A DNA stretch of 64,000 nucleotides from Octopus vulgaris (GCA_951406725.2 OX597817.1:88164001-88228000), one strand, 5' to 3'; positions 1 to 13,366 are shown, counted from the first letter of the stretch. Program-made: numbers and translations. Notes: generated by a model not told the origin, from the letters alone.

Positions 1-480
1 GAAAGACGGATAAAACAGTAAATAAACAATCAAAACAGGGTATGCGCACCCTCCTTAAATTATATAGATCGTGTCATGGGATACTGGCATTCCTTCGTTA
101 TAAATTGTAAATAAAAAATTTCTCGAAGTAATTTTTTCCATCTGCAGACGTAAATAAAGGTGTCCGCTATCTCGACTGAAACCCATTCAAATAACTTACA
201 AAGAGGATATTTGGCACCTTGCAATGTATTCTTTTCATTGTTTGAATGACTTCAAAGCGATTCTACTCTGGGCAAGCAAATTTCCAGTTTTGACAAACTT
301 ATTCTGATAACTGACAATGTCAAAATAAAAACTTCTTTTTTTGATGTCACAAAGCTAAAAAAAAACAAAAAACAAAAATAAAAATGAAAAAGAATATAGT
401 CGGAAAATGGAAATAGTAAGAAATATATAAATTTAATAGATACTTTAAACAAAGGATTGACGATATTATTATTATATATA

Positions 481-611
481 CCGTATTTACTTGTGTATAT
501 GTCTCACTCTTTTATATTTCATTTTAACTGAGAAAACTCGTGTTACATACACAGGACAATAAAAAATTTAACACTAAAATAGGAGTGTGACTTTCACATG
601 AGTAAATACGA
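481..611. mobile_element. Small MITE, Tc1/pogo-like, TA-flanked
   Basis: Imperfect TIR ccgtatttacttgtgt / cacatgagtaaatacga, with TA on both sides. Confidence 0.55.
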
Positions 612-764
612 TATATTGCAGTTATTATTCACTATTTTTCAGCGAATCGATCACTGCTTCCACGTATTGCTGATGACAAGACATATAAGTCTTGAACTTA
701 GTCCTTTGCTCTAAGAGCACAGACTTTACATTATTGTCTAGGATACACCACATCTAAGGATAGA

Positions 765-1075
765 GGCAATATGGCTGAATGGTCAAGAAGTTCGCTTTGC
801 AACACCGTACTCCGGGTTCGATCATAGTTCGTGACATTTTGTACAAATGTCATTTTCTATAGCCCAATTTTACCTTGTGAGTAAAATTTAGTTGAAGAAG
901 GTCGCCAGGTCTATTGTACCTGTAATTCGCAAAGGTACAGCCTAGTCACACTGATTCTATCTAAGAAGTTAAAAGTAAATGTGTCTGTGGAATACTCAGC
1001 CAGTTATATGTTAATTCAGGAGCAGATAATGCTTCAAGTGATTGAACGATAGAATTCGCACCGTCGAACGACAGA
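765..1075 (+). mobile_element. Old tRNA-derived SINE relic
   Basis: A-box-like tggctgaatgg and B-box-like gggttcgatc; body resembles SINE family B (ttgtgagt..atttagt); similar relic near 63560-63830. Confidence 0.5.
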
Positions 1076-1150
1076 AATCCACCACGTGTGTATATATTTA
1101 TGTGTGTGTGTGTGTGTATATGTATATAAATGTTTCGGAAAAGGCTTTTT

Positions 1151-4100
1151 CTAGTCTGTCGACAGAGACAGTCTCTTTTTTTCCGTGAGTGACCACAGTG
1201 AACAGTTTCGGTGTGCTTTTAAGAACGCAATAGGGTGCAGTGTAGGGAGGTGTGAGCGGTCCCTTGTCGGCATCGTTTTACAAATAAGTCCAGGTAGAAA
1301 TATCCGGAGGTACTGCAGAGGAAATAGACTGTCACGAGGAAGCATTGGTATCAGGTCAGCAAAGAATGTCCTGAGTCGCGTGACGTAAGATGTGGGGTCC
1401 GCATTTTGTCCAGGAAGTACTAAGGTGGTGCCATACAGGGGCTCAGCGGAGGAGTAGCCTAAATCTTCCTTACCAGCTGAGCGGCACCCTAGCAGAACAA
1501 TGAGGAGAAACTCGGACCAACGATGAGGGTCAGGAGCCGTGCGAATAGTGGCTTTAAGCTGTCGGTGTAATCTTTCCACCATTCCGTTCACGACAGGATG
1601 GTAACTGGTAGTAATGATGTGCTGAACTCCGAGCAATCTCTAAAGCTTACGGAACAGACAAGCTTCAAATTGGCGTCCACGATCAGTAGTAATTCTAGAA
1701 GGTACTCCGAAGCGAGATATCCACCCAGAGATGAATGCTCTGGCGACTGTTTCCGCGGAGATGTCCACGCGAGGAATGGCTTCAGGCCATCTGAAGAAAC
1801 GGTCGATGCTGGTCAATATATAAGTAAATCCACAACTGACCGACCAAAGATCAACCAGGTCGAAGTGTATGCGACGGAACCAGGTGTCCAAGTGGTGCTC
1901 TCACGTGACGAATCACCTTGGAACGCTGACATGGTAGACAGGCACGTGACCAAGCAGTAATAGACCGTCGCATATATGGGCCGAGATAAGCTTTACCATG
2001 GCCGCAATGCCGGAGTGTGATAGAGAATGCAGTGCTTCAAAAACAGCACGACGGTGACATTCAGGAACGAGGGGTCGTGGTGACCCGGTAGAAACATCGT
2101 AGAGAATGGTTCCTTCAGAAAAAGGCAGAGGCAGGTGTTCAAACTTGTGGTGAAGAGCTATCCAGAGAGTCCAAAGAGGGTTGGTCAGTAGCCATAGCAA
2201 CCAAATCAATCGAAGCAGGAGACGACACTGCACCGATAGGCAGGCGAGATAAGCCGTCGGCGGGGATGTTGTCAGTGCTTGCGGTGCGGCAAATGTCACT
2301 AGTGAACTGTGATATATTGTCTAATTGCTTCGTTTCTCTGGGCGAGTACCGGTCAGTTTTTGCAAAGAGAGCGAACGTTAGCGGTGTGTGATCGGTGAAA
2401 ATCGCGAAATCTCTACCTTCGAGAAGATGAGAGAAATGCTTCACCGCCAGGTAAATCGCAAATAGTTCTTTACCAAATACACTATATCTTAGTTCAGCAT
2501 TTTTCAGCTGGCGCGAGAAAAAGGCTAATGGCTAGCTTCGGTTGTTGACAGATTGCTCTAAAACTGCGCCTATAGCAGATGATGACGCATCAACAGTAAG
2601 CGATAATTTTGCATCTGGAACAGGATGAGCGAGGAACGACGCTTGGGCAAGGTCAGCTTTGACAGATTCAAAAGCTTGGATGACTGTAGGAGACAGTGTT
2701 ATCTAGGCGTCTTTCTTTTGTTGATCTTTCAAGTGCTGGGTCAAAGGAAGTATCTTCTCCGCACATTTAGGAATGAAGCGTCGATAATAATTGATTAAAC
2801 CAATAAAATTTCTGAGCTGTTTTAAGGAAACAGGAGGAGACAAGCGTTTGATGGTTTCTACCTTAGAGAGCAGCGGACGAATACCGTCAGAGTCAATGAG
2901 GTGCCCCCAAAATTCCAAACTGGTAGAATTGAAGACACACTTAACCGAGTTGATCTTCACATTATAGGAACGTAGGCGCTTAACAGCTGGGTCAAGTGTT
3001 GGAAGTGCTGGTTTGGAGTACCACTGGCGATTAGAAGGTCATCGACGTATGTGAAGACAAAATCTAACTCACGAACGACCTCATCAATGAACCTTTGGAA
3101 CGTGCTGGCCGCATTACGAAATCCAAACGGCATAGACAAGAATTCAAACGCTCCAAAAGGCGTGATGACAGCTGTCTTTGCAATGTCGTCGGGGGGGTGG
3201 GGGTGACTAGGATTTGATGGTACGCGCGTACCAAGTCGATCTTAGAAAAAATCTTACAGCCACGCATGCAGACGAAAAATCCTGAACATTAGGGAGGGGA
3301 TGGCGATCTGCGACAGTGAGAGTGTTAAGACGTCTAAAACCTCCAGCCGGTCGGAAAACAGCGTCATTCTTCCTGGCCATGTGTAGAGGTGCTGCCTACG
3401 GGCTCGTCGAGGGACGAATGAAGCCCAACTGGAGCATGTGCTCGAATTCAGCCTGGGTGATCCGAAGTTTCTCTGGAGACAAACGGCGCAGTCGGGAAAA
3501 AACTGGAGGTCTCTTGGTCGTGATCAAATGTCTCGTAGAATGGACTGGATTCGACGGATGAAATGACAAATCAGTCAACTCTGGAAACGAAGCAAATAAC
3601 TGTTGGTAGGAGTCACCAGAAACGGCCACGAAGAAAGGAAGTCTCACAACGGGGACAGAAAAATCCTTTCTGAGGACGGCGAGTGAAGTGGTGTCATCAA
3701 TGAGTCGGCGTCACCTAACGTCCACACTAAGAGAATAGTGGTGTAAGAAATCCGCACCAAGAATAGAATAGGGTAGGTCCGCGATGACAAAGATCCACTT
3801 GAAATCCCCACGGAGTGACATCCAGGGTGAGGGATATTTGTCCATAGGTTTTGATAGCGGAGTGATTCACCGCGTAGAGAGAGATATCCGAAAGACCAGG
3901 GTTGGTGGAGGTAAACCGTCGAGGTCAAATACTTAAGCTGGCACCCATATCCACCATAAAGGACTTTGAAGAATTGGCATCTCTGATAAAGAACGCACGG
4001 TAGGGTGAATCGATGAGGAGACGACTTACGTGCCCAATGTCTCCTGCCTAGCTTCCCTGATAAAAGTTGGAGCAGAACTGTGTACATTCCTCGGTCTGGT

Positions 4101-4200
4101 CCTTGAACTTCCTGTGTTACCAGCAGACTGAAGGAGCAGAGAAACGAGACATGCAACATAAAGCATATTCCCCTTCATCAGTTGTCCCTGTTTCATCTAC
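1151..4200 (-). mobile_element. Degenerate Ty3/Gypsy LTR retrotransposon pol region (protease-RT-RNaseH-integrase), many frameshifts and stops
   Basis: ORF fragments in Gypsy order: protease-like ~3650-4000; PPVFSRLRRLSPEK; RT FSKIDLVRAYHQI, MPFGFRNAASTFQR, FTYVDDLLIAS; RNase H FTDHTPL..N.PADGLSR; integrase [44 protein letters not shown]. Confidence 0.95.
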
Positions 4201-4206
4201 TCCGTG

Positions 4207-4858
4207 TTGGCCCCGTACCGTCAGGGATGTCGGCTAATTGTAGTATTTTATAAATAAATATGGATTGTAAATCAAATTAATACACTTGTTTATGTTATCT
4301 AGTGGTTGTCTTTTGAGATATGACATCGGTCATCGCTCGTTACTAAAAGAACACTGGTTCACACATACAAACATTCACATACACGCACACACATACACAC
4401 ATATACTCACACAGAGTTGAAACGCTGTTTGATTTTTCTTTTCAGCGATGAATGTTCACTATCTCATTTTCATTGCACATACACACACATTCTCACACAG
4501 AGTTGAAACGGTTTGCCATCACCCATTCCTTCCGTATTCATCTATCACCCCTTCCTTTCTCATTCGTATCTTGTGACGGAGAAAAACACAAGACTTATTA
4601 TATATTTCTTTAGTGCCCACAAGGGGCTAAACATAGAGGGGACAAACAAGGACAGACAAAAGGATTAAGTCGATTACATCGACCCCAGTGCGAAACTGGT
4701 ACTTTATTTATCGACTCCGACAGGATGAACGGCAAAGTCGGCCTCGGCGGAATTTGAACTCAGAACGTAACGACAGACGAAATACCGCTAAGCATTTCGC
4801 CCGGCGCGCTTACGTGTTGGCCAGCTCGCCGCCTTAACACAAGACTTATTATAGTAGA
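4207..4858 (-). mobile_element. Non-autonomous Helitron-like element, copy 1 (interrupted by a SINE)
   Basis: Homologous to 4859-5385; 5' end TC on minus strand (..tagtaga at 4858); 3' hairpin region degenerate. Confidence 0.6.
4603..4835 (-). mobile_element. tRNA-derived SINE family A, full length, 18-bp TSD
   Basis: Head aaggcggcgagctggc, B-box gagttcaaatt, Meta-SINE-like core (tcatcc..gtcgataaa..gtacc); TSD aacacaagacttattata at 4585-4602 and 4836-4853. Confidence 0.9.
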
Positions 4859-5385
4859 CTAGCTGACTCCGTGCCGTAAAAAATGACGGCTAATTGTAGT
4901 ATTTTATATATAAATAAGGACAAAAGAAAGAATATGGATGATAATTCAAATTAATACACTTCTCACTATTATCTAGTGTTTGCATTTTGAGATGTGACAT
5001 AGATCATCATTTGTTACCGAAAGAACGCTGGTTCACACACATAAACGCTCACATACTTCCCTTGTACACGCACACAAATACACACATATATTCACACAGA
5101 GTTGAAACGCTGTTTGATTTTTCTTTTCGGCGTTGAATGTTCACCATCCTACTACCATTGCACACACACGCGCGGGCACAAACATTCACATAGCTCCCTT
5201 TTACATACACGCACATATACTCACACAGAGTTGAAACGCTGTTTGATTTTTTTTTACCTTAGAATTTCTTTCCATCATCCCACTACAAAGTTTGCCATCA
5301 TCCTTTCCTTCCTTATTCTGCTATCATCCCTTCCTTTCTCATTCATATGTTGTGACGGAGAAAAACACAAGTGTATTATTATAGT
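4859..5385 (-). mobile_element. Non-autonomous Helitron-like element, copy 2
   Basis: CTAG 3' terminus at 4859-4862 with subterminal hairpin gccgt..acggc. Confidence 0.65.
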
Positions 5386-5394
5386 GCATATATA

Positions 5395-5612
5395 TACGAC
5401 GGGCTTCTGTGTGTGTGTGTTTATGCCTCCCAACAGCGCTTGACAGCCGGTGTTTGTGTGTGTACGTCCTCGTAACTTAGCGGTTCGGCAAAAGATATCG
5501 ATAAAATAAGTACCAGGCTATAAAAAAAGTACTGGGGACAATTCATTCGACTAAAAATTCCTCAAGGTGGTGCCCCAGTACGGTTGCAGTCAAATTACTG
5601 AAACAAGTAAAA
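5395..5612 (+). mobile_element. SINE family B, 3' part
   Basis: cgtaacttagcggttcggcaaaag ... ggtggtgccccag..cagtcaaattactgaaacaagtaaaa tail. Confidence 0.8.
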
Positions 5613-6390
5613 AAAAACAAACTCTTTTGCTTCTGGTGTTCGTGTCATTAATAATATACGTAATCTGAAATGTAAACTAATACTACAATAAACAAGTTTG
5701 AAGCATTAAGTAGTGTGCGCACAAATGAAACAATATAACGGGGAGTATTTATTTATTTTTGAAGTGTTTGCATATTTGCAGAGGTAACCATATACAATAG
5801 CGTCGGAAATTCTTTAATGCATAAAAATTTGGATTTATATTTAGCACTGTTTGATACGTATTTTTTTTTCTAAAAACTTTTCTAGCCAAATACCTTAGTC
5901 ATAGGATTAAAGTAATAAGTATTGAAGCATTAGTACAGAACTGAAATCGACACATTAGTTATCCTGCATACAAAAAAAAGTACACATCTTCACAATTTGG
6001 CCTGTCAATGTCAAACCATATAATTAAAATATATTCAATAACGAAGGTATCTATTTCTTTTTATAATGAAAGTAATGGTGAAAGTTTGAGATATGCTAAT
6101 GAGTAGCAAGAAAAAATAATTTTCAAGAAGAAAGTATAAAAGTCCGATTGCATAATTGCAATCTCCAATGGTTAAATGAAATTTCTGGAAAAAAGCTTCG
6201 AACAAAAGTAAAAAATGCAAAAATTAAGCTAAAGGAGCAAATAAACATAATGTTTTGCTTTGTTTTTAGAATCATAATCTCTTATGTTTAAAACATACAA
6301 ATCCAATGGAATATTGTTTACAAAATGTTATAATTTCCTACGCAGTTGTTTAGAGCTGTACACATTCTTTCTCTCCTCTCTCTCTCTCTT

Positions 6391-6461
<71 letters not shown>

Positions 6462-7049
6462 GAGGAAGATTAGAAGATAAATGATTCAGTTTCTACAACT
6501 GTCTCGATAACGTGCACGAGAACATTTTCAATAAGATAATAGTTACGTAATTATTAACTGTAGCTATTTGATTATCCTGGATGTGTTTTGGAAGTCATTT
6601 CGTGAGGAACAAAAACGTTCCTGACGAATTCAATTTCATGGCACATTCAACTAAACTAACTTATAACTGCAATTAATATTTATACCATTATTATCTAGAA
6701 TCGTTTACTTGTACGTTATCGAAACAGCTGCAGGGAAAAATCAAATTTGTCTTCTCTTCTTCCTAATATATTGCTTTGAATATTCGTTATTGTCAGTTTT
6801 AACTTTTATGCAGTGTAACACCTATTATTGCTGTTGTATTGAAGTTATAATTTTTTAATGTTTAATATGCTAAAGGATTCTGTGGATAGATTTTCATAGA
6901 TAAATCTAGGTTTATACGGGGCCAGTTTGGATAGTTTCATTTCAATACGGTTTTAGTTATTTCTTTCTTTATTGACGTACCATATGACGCGGTATCTAGT
7001 TTGGTGGAGCCAGTTTATGTGTCAAGCATTGCTGCATGGGATAATTTAA

Positions 7050-7535
7050 AGGAGCCTCTATATGACGTATCCATGGGAAGCTTCGGCAGAGGTGAGATTG
7101 TGGCTATCAATTGGAAGCTACGATAAGGCCAAGGTCGTAGCTATCCATGGATAACAATGGTATAACTGACTTCGGCAGGTTAGTTATTCTGAATAAAAAT
7201 ATCAAAAAAAAAAAAAAAAAAGTGGGGACACATCTTCACTGTTTGGCCTGGCAAACCATATGAATGGTCTTGACATGGATAATCTCATAAAGAATCTTGC
7301 AAATAATTATAAAGAATTCGGACTAAGTATAACGGTTAACACCAACTTAACAAAGGTAGACTTCTTGAGTGCCGCCCTAGACTTTACAACAATTAGTATT
7401 GCCTCTGTAGAAAGCATAACAAGGAAACTGATTACATCCATTGAAATTCAAACCATCTCTATTGTAATTAGAACTGAGCCATAGGACAGAAGAATTTCCA
7501 GTCTATTGGCGGGCAAATTTTCAGAGATTTTGACC
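7050..7535 (+). mobile_element. Penelope-like element reverse-transcriptase relic
   Basis: LYDVSMGSFGRGEIV (cf. FDVTMGSYDGAE); KEFGLSITVNTNLTKVDFL; YIH..SNH. Confidence 0.7.
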
Positions 7536-7754
7536 ATATGGAGGGTTGTGTGTATGTGTGTGTGCGTGTGTATGTGCGTATACACACGCGCACGCACACA
7601 CATGCACACACACATACACACACACACATACACACGCACACATACACACACACACATACTTTATTATTAAAGGTGTGAAAACATCACAAAAAACTACTAC
7701 TTAGAGTTTCACCTTCCCGTTCGTCGGCCAGTTGTAATTCAAAATAAATTTTTT

Positions 7755-7803
7755 CCACCTTGCTTCACATTTATGTGCTTACTCTGGTATATATATATAT
7801 ATG

Positions 7804-7874
<71 letters not shown>

Positions 7875-7907
7875 CCAGAGTAAGCACATAAATGTGAAGC
7901 AAGGTGG
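7755..7907. repeat. Perfect 33-bp inverted repeat bracketing a (TA)n tract
   Basis: ccaccttgcttcacatttatgtgcttactctgg (7755-7787) and its exact reverse complement (7875-7907). Confidence 0.9.
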
Positions 7908-8185
7908 GAAAAATACTACTAATATAGGATAAAAAAATTTTCAGAAAAAAATTTCATCAAAAGTGGCAGCATATTAAAATACCTTTAAAGGTTAAAATTA
8001 TAAACAACTTATAAACAAAGGCAAAAGAAAAATTATTTCTATGCCTTATAAATACACATCGTATAGTGAATGTATAATGAAATGTGGAAATTGACGATTT
8101 AAAGTCTGTTCTCAGCATATTGGCATAGAAATAATTTTTCTTTTGCCCTTGTTTATAAGTTGAATATATATATATGTATATGTAC

Positions 8186-8470
8186 AAGACCAGTTTGAAG
8201 CCGAGTCGATAGATTTGTTCAAATTGGGCGTCGCACCAAGAGCGGGCTCTGCACCAAGAGAGTGCACCATATATACACTGGAGTGGAGGACGCTATGATG
8301 AACGTTTGCTATATCCATTGTTGCTAATGGTGGAGTCTTAAGTCCTCAACGCTTTTTGGCTGGGACAGGCATATTACATGAAGCATAAATCATCAATCTT
8401 CAGCTTTTGCCGAATCGAAGGTCCCACTGATAATTTTCTAATTGGGCCCCGCACATCCCAGTGCCGGCCT
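8186..8470. mobile_element. Non-autonomous DNA transposon (hAT-like MITE)
   Basis: Reverse-complement homolog at 35016-35299; caagaccag / gccggcct termini. Confidence 0.55.
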
Positions 8471-8667
8471 TTCATGTATATTTAATTGCATATTTACATT
8501 ATATATGTTCCCATATTCATGAATACGTTGATTACATATTTAGCTTGAATGCTTATGTATACATGTGCGTATATACTTGCGTGTATATATGTATGCATGT
8601 GTATATGCGTATATGAATGTATGCATGTGTGTATGCATGCATGTATGTATGCATGTATATATACATA

Positions 8668-8699
<32 letters not shown>

Positions 8700-8830
8700 A
8701 GTCCCATTAGACAACGATTAAAGAATTCAAAACATTTCCGTAAAAAAAATATATAAAAAAACAACATTTTCTGCAGAAATCATTCTTTTTGTCGAACAAG
8801 TTTTATCTGATCTAATTTTGTTGATGATGC

Positions 8831-8832
<2 letters not shown>

Positions 8833-8914
<82 letters not shown>

Positions 8915-8970
8915 CAGCAGCAGCAGCAGTAGTAGCGGCAGCGGCAGCGGCAGCGGCGACGGTGGTGGTG
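8833..8970. repeat. (GTA)n-(GCA/GCG)n-(GTG)n compound trinucleotide microsatellite
   Basis: Direct inspection. Confidence 0.95.
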
Positions 8971-9766
8971 GTATTAGCAGTGAAAGTTATGACGGGGAAA
9001 AGGTAGAGGAATGCGCAGTCGGCAATCTTCCATAATATTTATTTATAGATACTAAAAGTGAAAAGAACCGCCTATCATTCGCTCTTAACCCAGAGGCGTA
9101 GCCAGCTTTCAAAGATAAAAAGAGAGAGCAAGCACTTAAAAATAGGGGGTCCTCGGACAACCCCATCCCCAGAACAAATCTCCCTAGGAGAAAACTCCCT
9201 AGAACAAAACCCTCTGAGTTAAAGTGTGAAATAGGACAAAACTCACTCAGTTACATTTTCTCTGTTTTCAAACTTTAATATCATTTAATACCATTTAAAG
9301 TAGAAGAAAAATATAATCTAAGTACTTTATTACTGAAGTTATCGTGAAAAATATAATCTTTCTTTGTGTTTGTTTACTCCACGTGATCATGGTTTTGCCT
9401 ACTTGAGTAGCGTAATTTGTCATGTTATAGATAAAAACATATCTTCTTTAAAAATATAACAACGCAACTATTTCTTTTTTGTGTTGTCTTTTTCTTTGTC
9501 CTAATCAGGTTTTGTCCCCAAGAGCTTTTGGTGGTATAGAGACAAGCCAAAAAAAAAAAAAAAAGGCTTTTAGTTCAAGGTGAGAGCCAGAGAAAGGAAA
9601 CTTTGATAAATATAATTCATCAAAAAATATTGAATCGTTATGGTCACATATAAAAAGAAAATTACATCACCAATATGGAACAAGTAATTCATATTTTCAA
9701 ACGTATTTATTTGAATTTGTATTTTAAAAGAAAATACAATAAAGATGAAAGAATGGGGAAAATCCT

Positions 9767-10168
<402 letters not shown>

Positions 10169-10574
10169 GGGTTATTTTCCTATGAGGGGGCGGGGTTGTC
10201 CTACACTAAAAAAAAAAGGCGCTGTGACTCATACCATTCTTTAAACTTCTTTCTCTTATATTACGCGAAATATTTCATTAGTTATAATATAGGGAGAGTT
10301 TACGAATAAAAACAAAAGACGAAGACAGGTGGTGTACAAAGCAAACAGATGTATTAGTATAACGCTCATCTAATTGTATTCTACATTTATTAATTTGATC
10401 TTTCAGTAACAGTGTCATTATGTATGAAACTTACAACTAATGACATGGGTAACTAAAGAGTTAAAAAGAAAATTTTTGAAAAGCAAACTACTCACACAAA
10501 TAAATGTGAGCACACATACAGTAAAAGTCGTTTATTATACTCAAGGATAATATTGGTTTAACTAAAGCCCAGCA

Positions 10575-10920
10575 ATTTTGGGGGATGAGGTAAGTCAATG
10601 ATATCGACTCCAGTACTTGAAAGGATAAAAGGCAAAGCCGATCTTGGCGGAATTTGAACTCAAAACGTAAAAAAACGGAAGAAATGTCGCTAAGCATTTT
10701 GTCCAACCTGTTAACGTTTCTGCCAGCTAACCGTCTTACACTCACGAATAATGATTTCAAATTATTTGGCACAAGGCCTGCAATTTCGGGAGAAGGTACT
10801 TATTTTATCGACCCCCGAAAGGATAAAAGTAAAGTCGACCACGGCGGAATTTGAACTCAAAACGTAAAGACGAACGAAATGCCGTTAAACATTTTGCCCT
10901 GCGTGCTAACAATTCTGCCA
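10575..10920 (-). mobile_element. Two adjacent SINE family A copies
   Basis: ggcggaatttgaactcaaaacgtaa occurs twice (~10646, ~10843). Confidence 0.85.
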
Positions 10921-11446
10921 TATCATAATTCAGTCTGCACTTCTCTTCACCCTCGGCACCACTTCATTCACAGGCCTTAACGAACAACTCTCCTTTTCAA
11001 AAAGTAAAACACACACACACACAGACACGCGCGCGCACAGACAGGCAGACAGACACACACAGGCACAAGCACACACAAACACACACAAACACAAAGTATG
11101 TTACTGACACCCGGTCACTTTCTCCAAACTTGTTTTACTGCATCTACATCAACAAAATAGTTCGTTCTCTCTCCTAGTAGGGTATTATGTTTACATACGT
11201 ACGCGCGCGCGCACACATACACACACACACACACACACTTTACTCAGACCGCTGACCTATAATAGAAACACGCTCTTCTCCGCTTCATTCTTTCTTCTAA
11301 TGTAGATTTTTCATCATTCTCTTTCAGCGCACACTGAATTTTCAACACTCTTCCCTGACCTACGACCAACACGCCTAGACTTCCTTCTCCAGTAGCTGTT
11401 TATGTTTAAATATACAATCTCTATACTCGTTTCGCAGGACAACTCG

Positions 11447-11493
<47 letters not shown>

Positions 11494-11666
11494 TGTGCGT
11501 GCATGTGTGAGTGTGTGTGTAATACTGAAATTCACTGTCTTTATCTTTTTTTTTTGACCCGCAATTTTAGTGAAAACAATATAGTGTCAATAAAAAGTTT
11601 TGACTAATGTGCAGTAATACAAACCCTTTAGCCTACAATAACAAATAGTCCATTTATTGTTCCTAG

Positions 11667-12110
11667 TTTTTTTTTTGTAGTTTCAGCTCATAGCTGTGGC
11701 CATGCTGGAGCACCGCCGTTTTGCTACACTTTTATAACTAACTGAGATCTTCCTTTAATATATGGCACTTGATGTAGAATGGAGTTTGATGTAGCTACCC
11801 TCATTTGCACCTGTTGCCGTGAGGTAGGTTCATCTGGGACTCCCGACACGAAGAGGTCGAGCCTTGATTTTTTAAATCAAGGCTCTGTGGGAGAATATTA
11901 AAAAGCTGTGGACCCCTGAAACCCAGGCTGTTGCAGTAACTGGTCCTGAAACGCGATGGCATTGCTGGGATCTTTGGCACTATGCAGTGTCGACCAGTTC
12001 TGGCATTGGTGTAGCTTTCAATGCCAAAATTTGGCACAATTCCTTCCAGGATCTTCCAGATGTATATTACTGCATACCTCTCCTGCTTTTGCTCCAGGGA
12101 GTAGAGTCTT
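11667..12110 (-). mobile_element. 3' end of a CR1/L2-group LINE (5'-truncated) with 3' UTR and poly(A)
   Basis: RLYSLEQKQERYAVIYIWKILEGIVPN..GPQLFNILP..LDLFVSGVPDEPT..ATSNSILHQ; 3' UTR ggcggtgctccagcatggccacagctatgagctgaaac, then A-run. Confidence 0.85.
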
Positions 12111-12864
12111 ACCTGTATCTTGAAAACTGAAGTATTGTTTACTTTTATCAGTCATGTGTGTTGACGCGTGTGTGTATGTGCTTATATACATGCATGCACA
12201 ATCGCTTACACACACACACACACACACACACCTACACACGCACACACACACACACGTACACACGTACACACGTACACACACACCTACAAACGCACACACA
12301 CAGACACAATCGGTTATATTTTGAGTGCTCACACACATCTCGATAAAGAGTGAAATTAGGTATTTTTATCTGCGTTCTATCTTGGAGACAGGACATACAT
12401 ATATACATACATACATACATACATACATGCGCTCGTGCGTGCATACATACATGCACGCATGCGTGCATACATGTATGCATGCACACATGCTCACATACAT
12501 ATATACATGAAACTAGTCTGCTCTGAAACAAAGCTTGACCACTTCAAGCACAAATATAGCGCTGGCTCCTCAAGTGAGAACAGACATGGCTTTTGAGCCC
12601 GGAGACTCTTAAAAAAACTTTCCACAAATATTGCAAACATGTCTCAGTTCTGAATCTGTTATTTTGTTGTGCCTTTTGTGCATGTTTAGATGTTTCTTTA
12701 GGCATCACTCCCCCCCCCTTCCTCCCTCTCGCCATCCATCCATCCATCCATCCTTACATACATACATACATCCATCCATACATACATGCATGCATGCATA
12801 CATACATACATACATACATACATACATACATACATACATACATACATACATACATACATACATA

Positions 12865-13240
12865 ACTGTATTTACTAGCCATTAGGATATGTAACAAAAT
12901 GCCTCAGCACCAATCTTGACAAATTACAGTTACCAAAACCAGAAAAGAGAAAGCTAATTAGAATATTACAAACACAAGCCATGAATAGAACTGTAAATAT
13001 ACGTAAAACCCTCCCCGCCTCAAATTAACATTTAAGTACATGTGCACGTATAAATGTGCATCTATTTATGTATACATACATAAAACAAAACTTACAGACC
13101 TGTACATGCTCTGACTTCGAATACTTGCACATATGCACACAAACATGCACCAATACCCTGTTGATGTTATTGGAACATTAGATCTAGGTTAGAAACCGAC
13201 TGTCTCCATTGGCCAAAAATCTAGAAATAAAACTAAATAG
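12865..13240 (+). mobile_element. R4/Dong-like LINE extreme 3' end, preceded by (CATA)n
   Basis: LGYVTKCLSTNLDKLQLPKPEKRKLIRILQTQA..TV resembles the C-terminus seen at 23000-23160; followed by 3' UTR and (AAC)n(AAT)n. Confidence 0.55.
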
Positions 13241-13241
13241 T

Positions 13242-13286
<45 letters not shown>

Positions 13287-13366
13287 AATAATAATAATAA
13301 TAATAAGAAGAAGAAGAAGATAGGAAATAATAATAATGATAATAAGATAGGAAAACAAGAAAAATA

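Noticed and set aside
12107-12140. Possible minus-strand microexon (cttcag|ttttcaagatacag|gtaag)
   Set aside because: Weak polypyrimidine tract, 14-nt length, donor sits at the LINE truncation junction, and no supporting exons were found.
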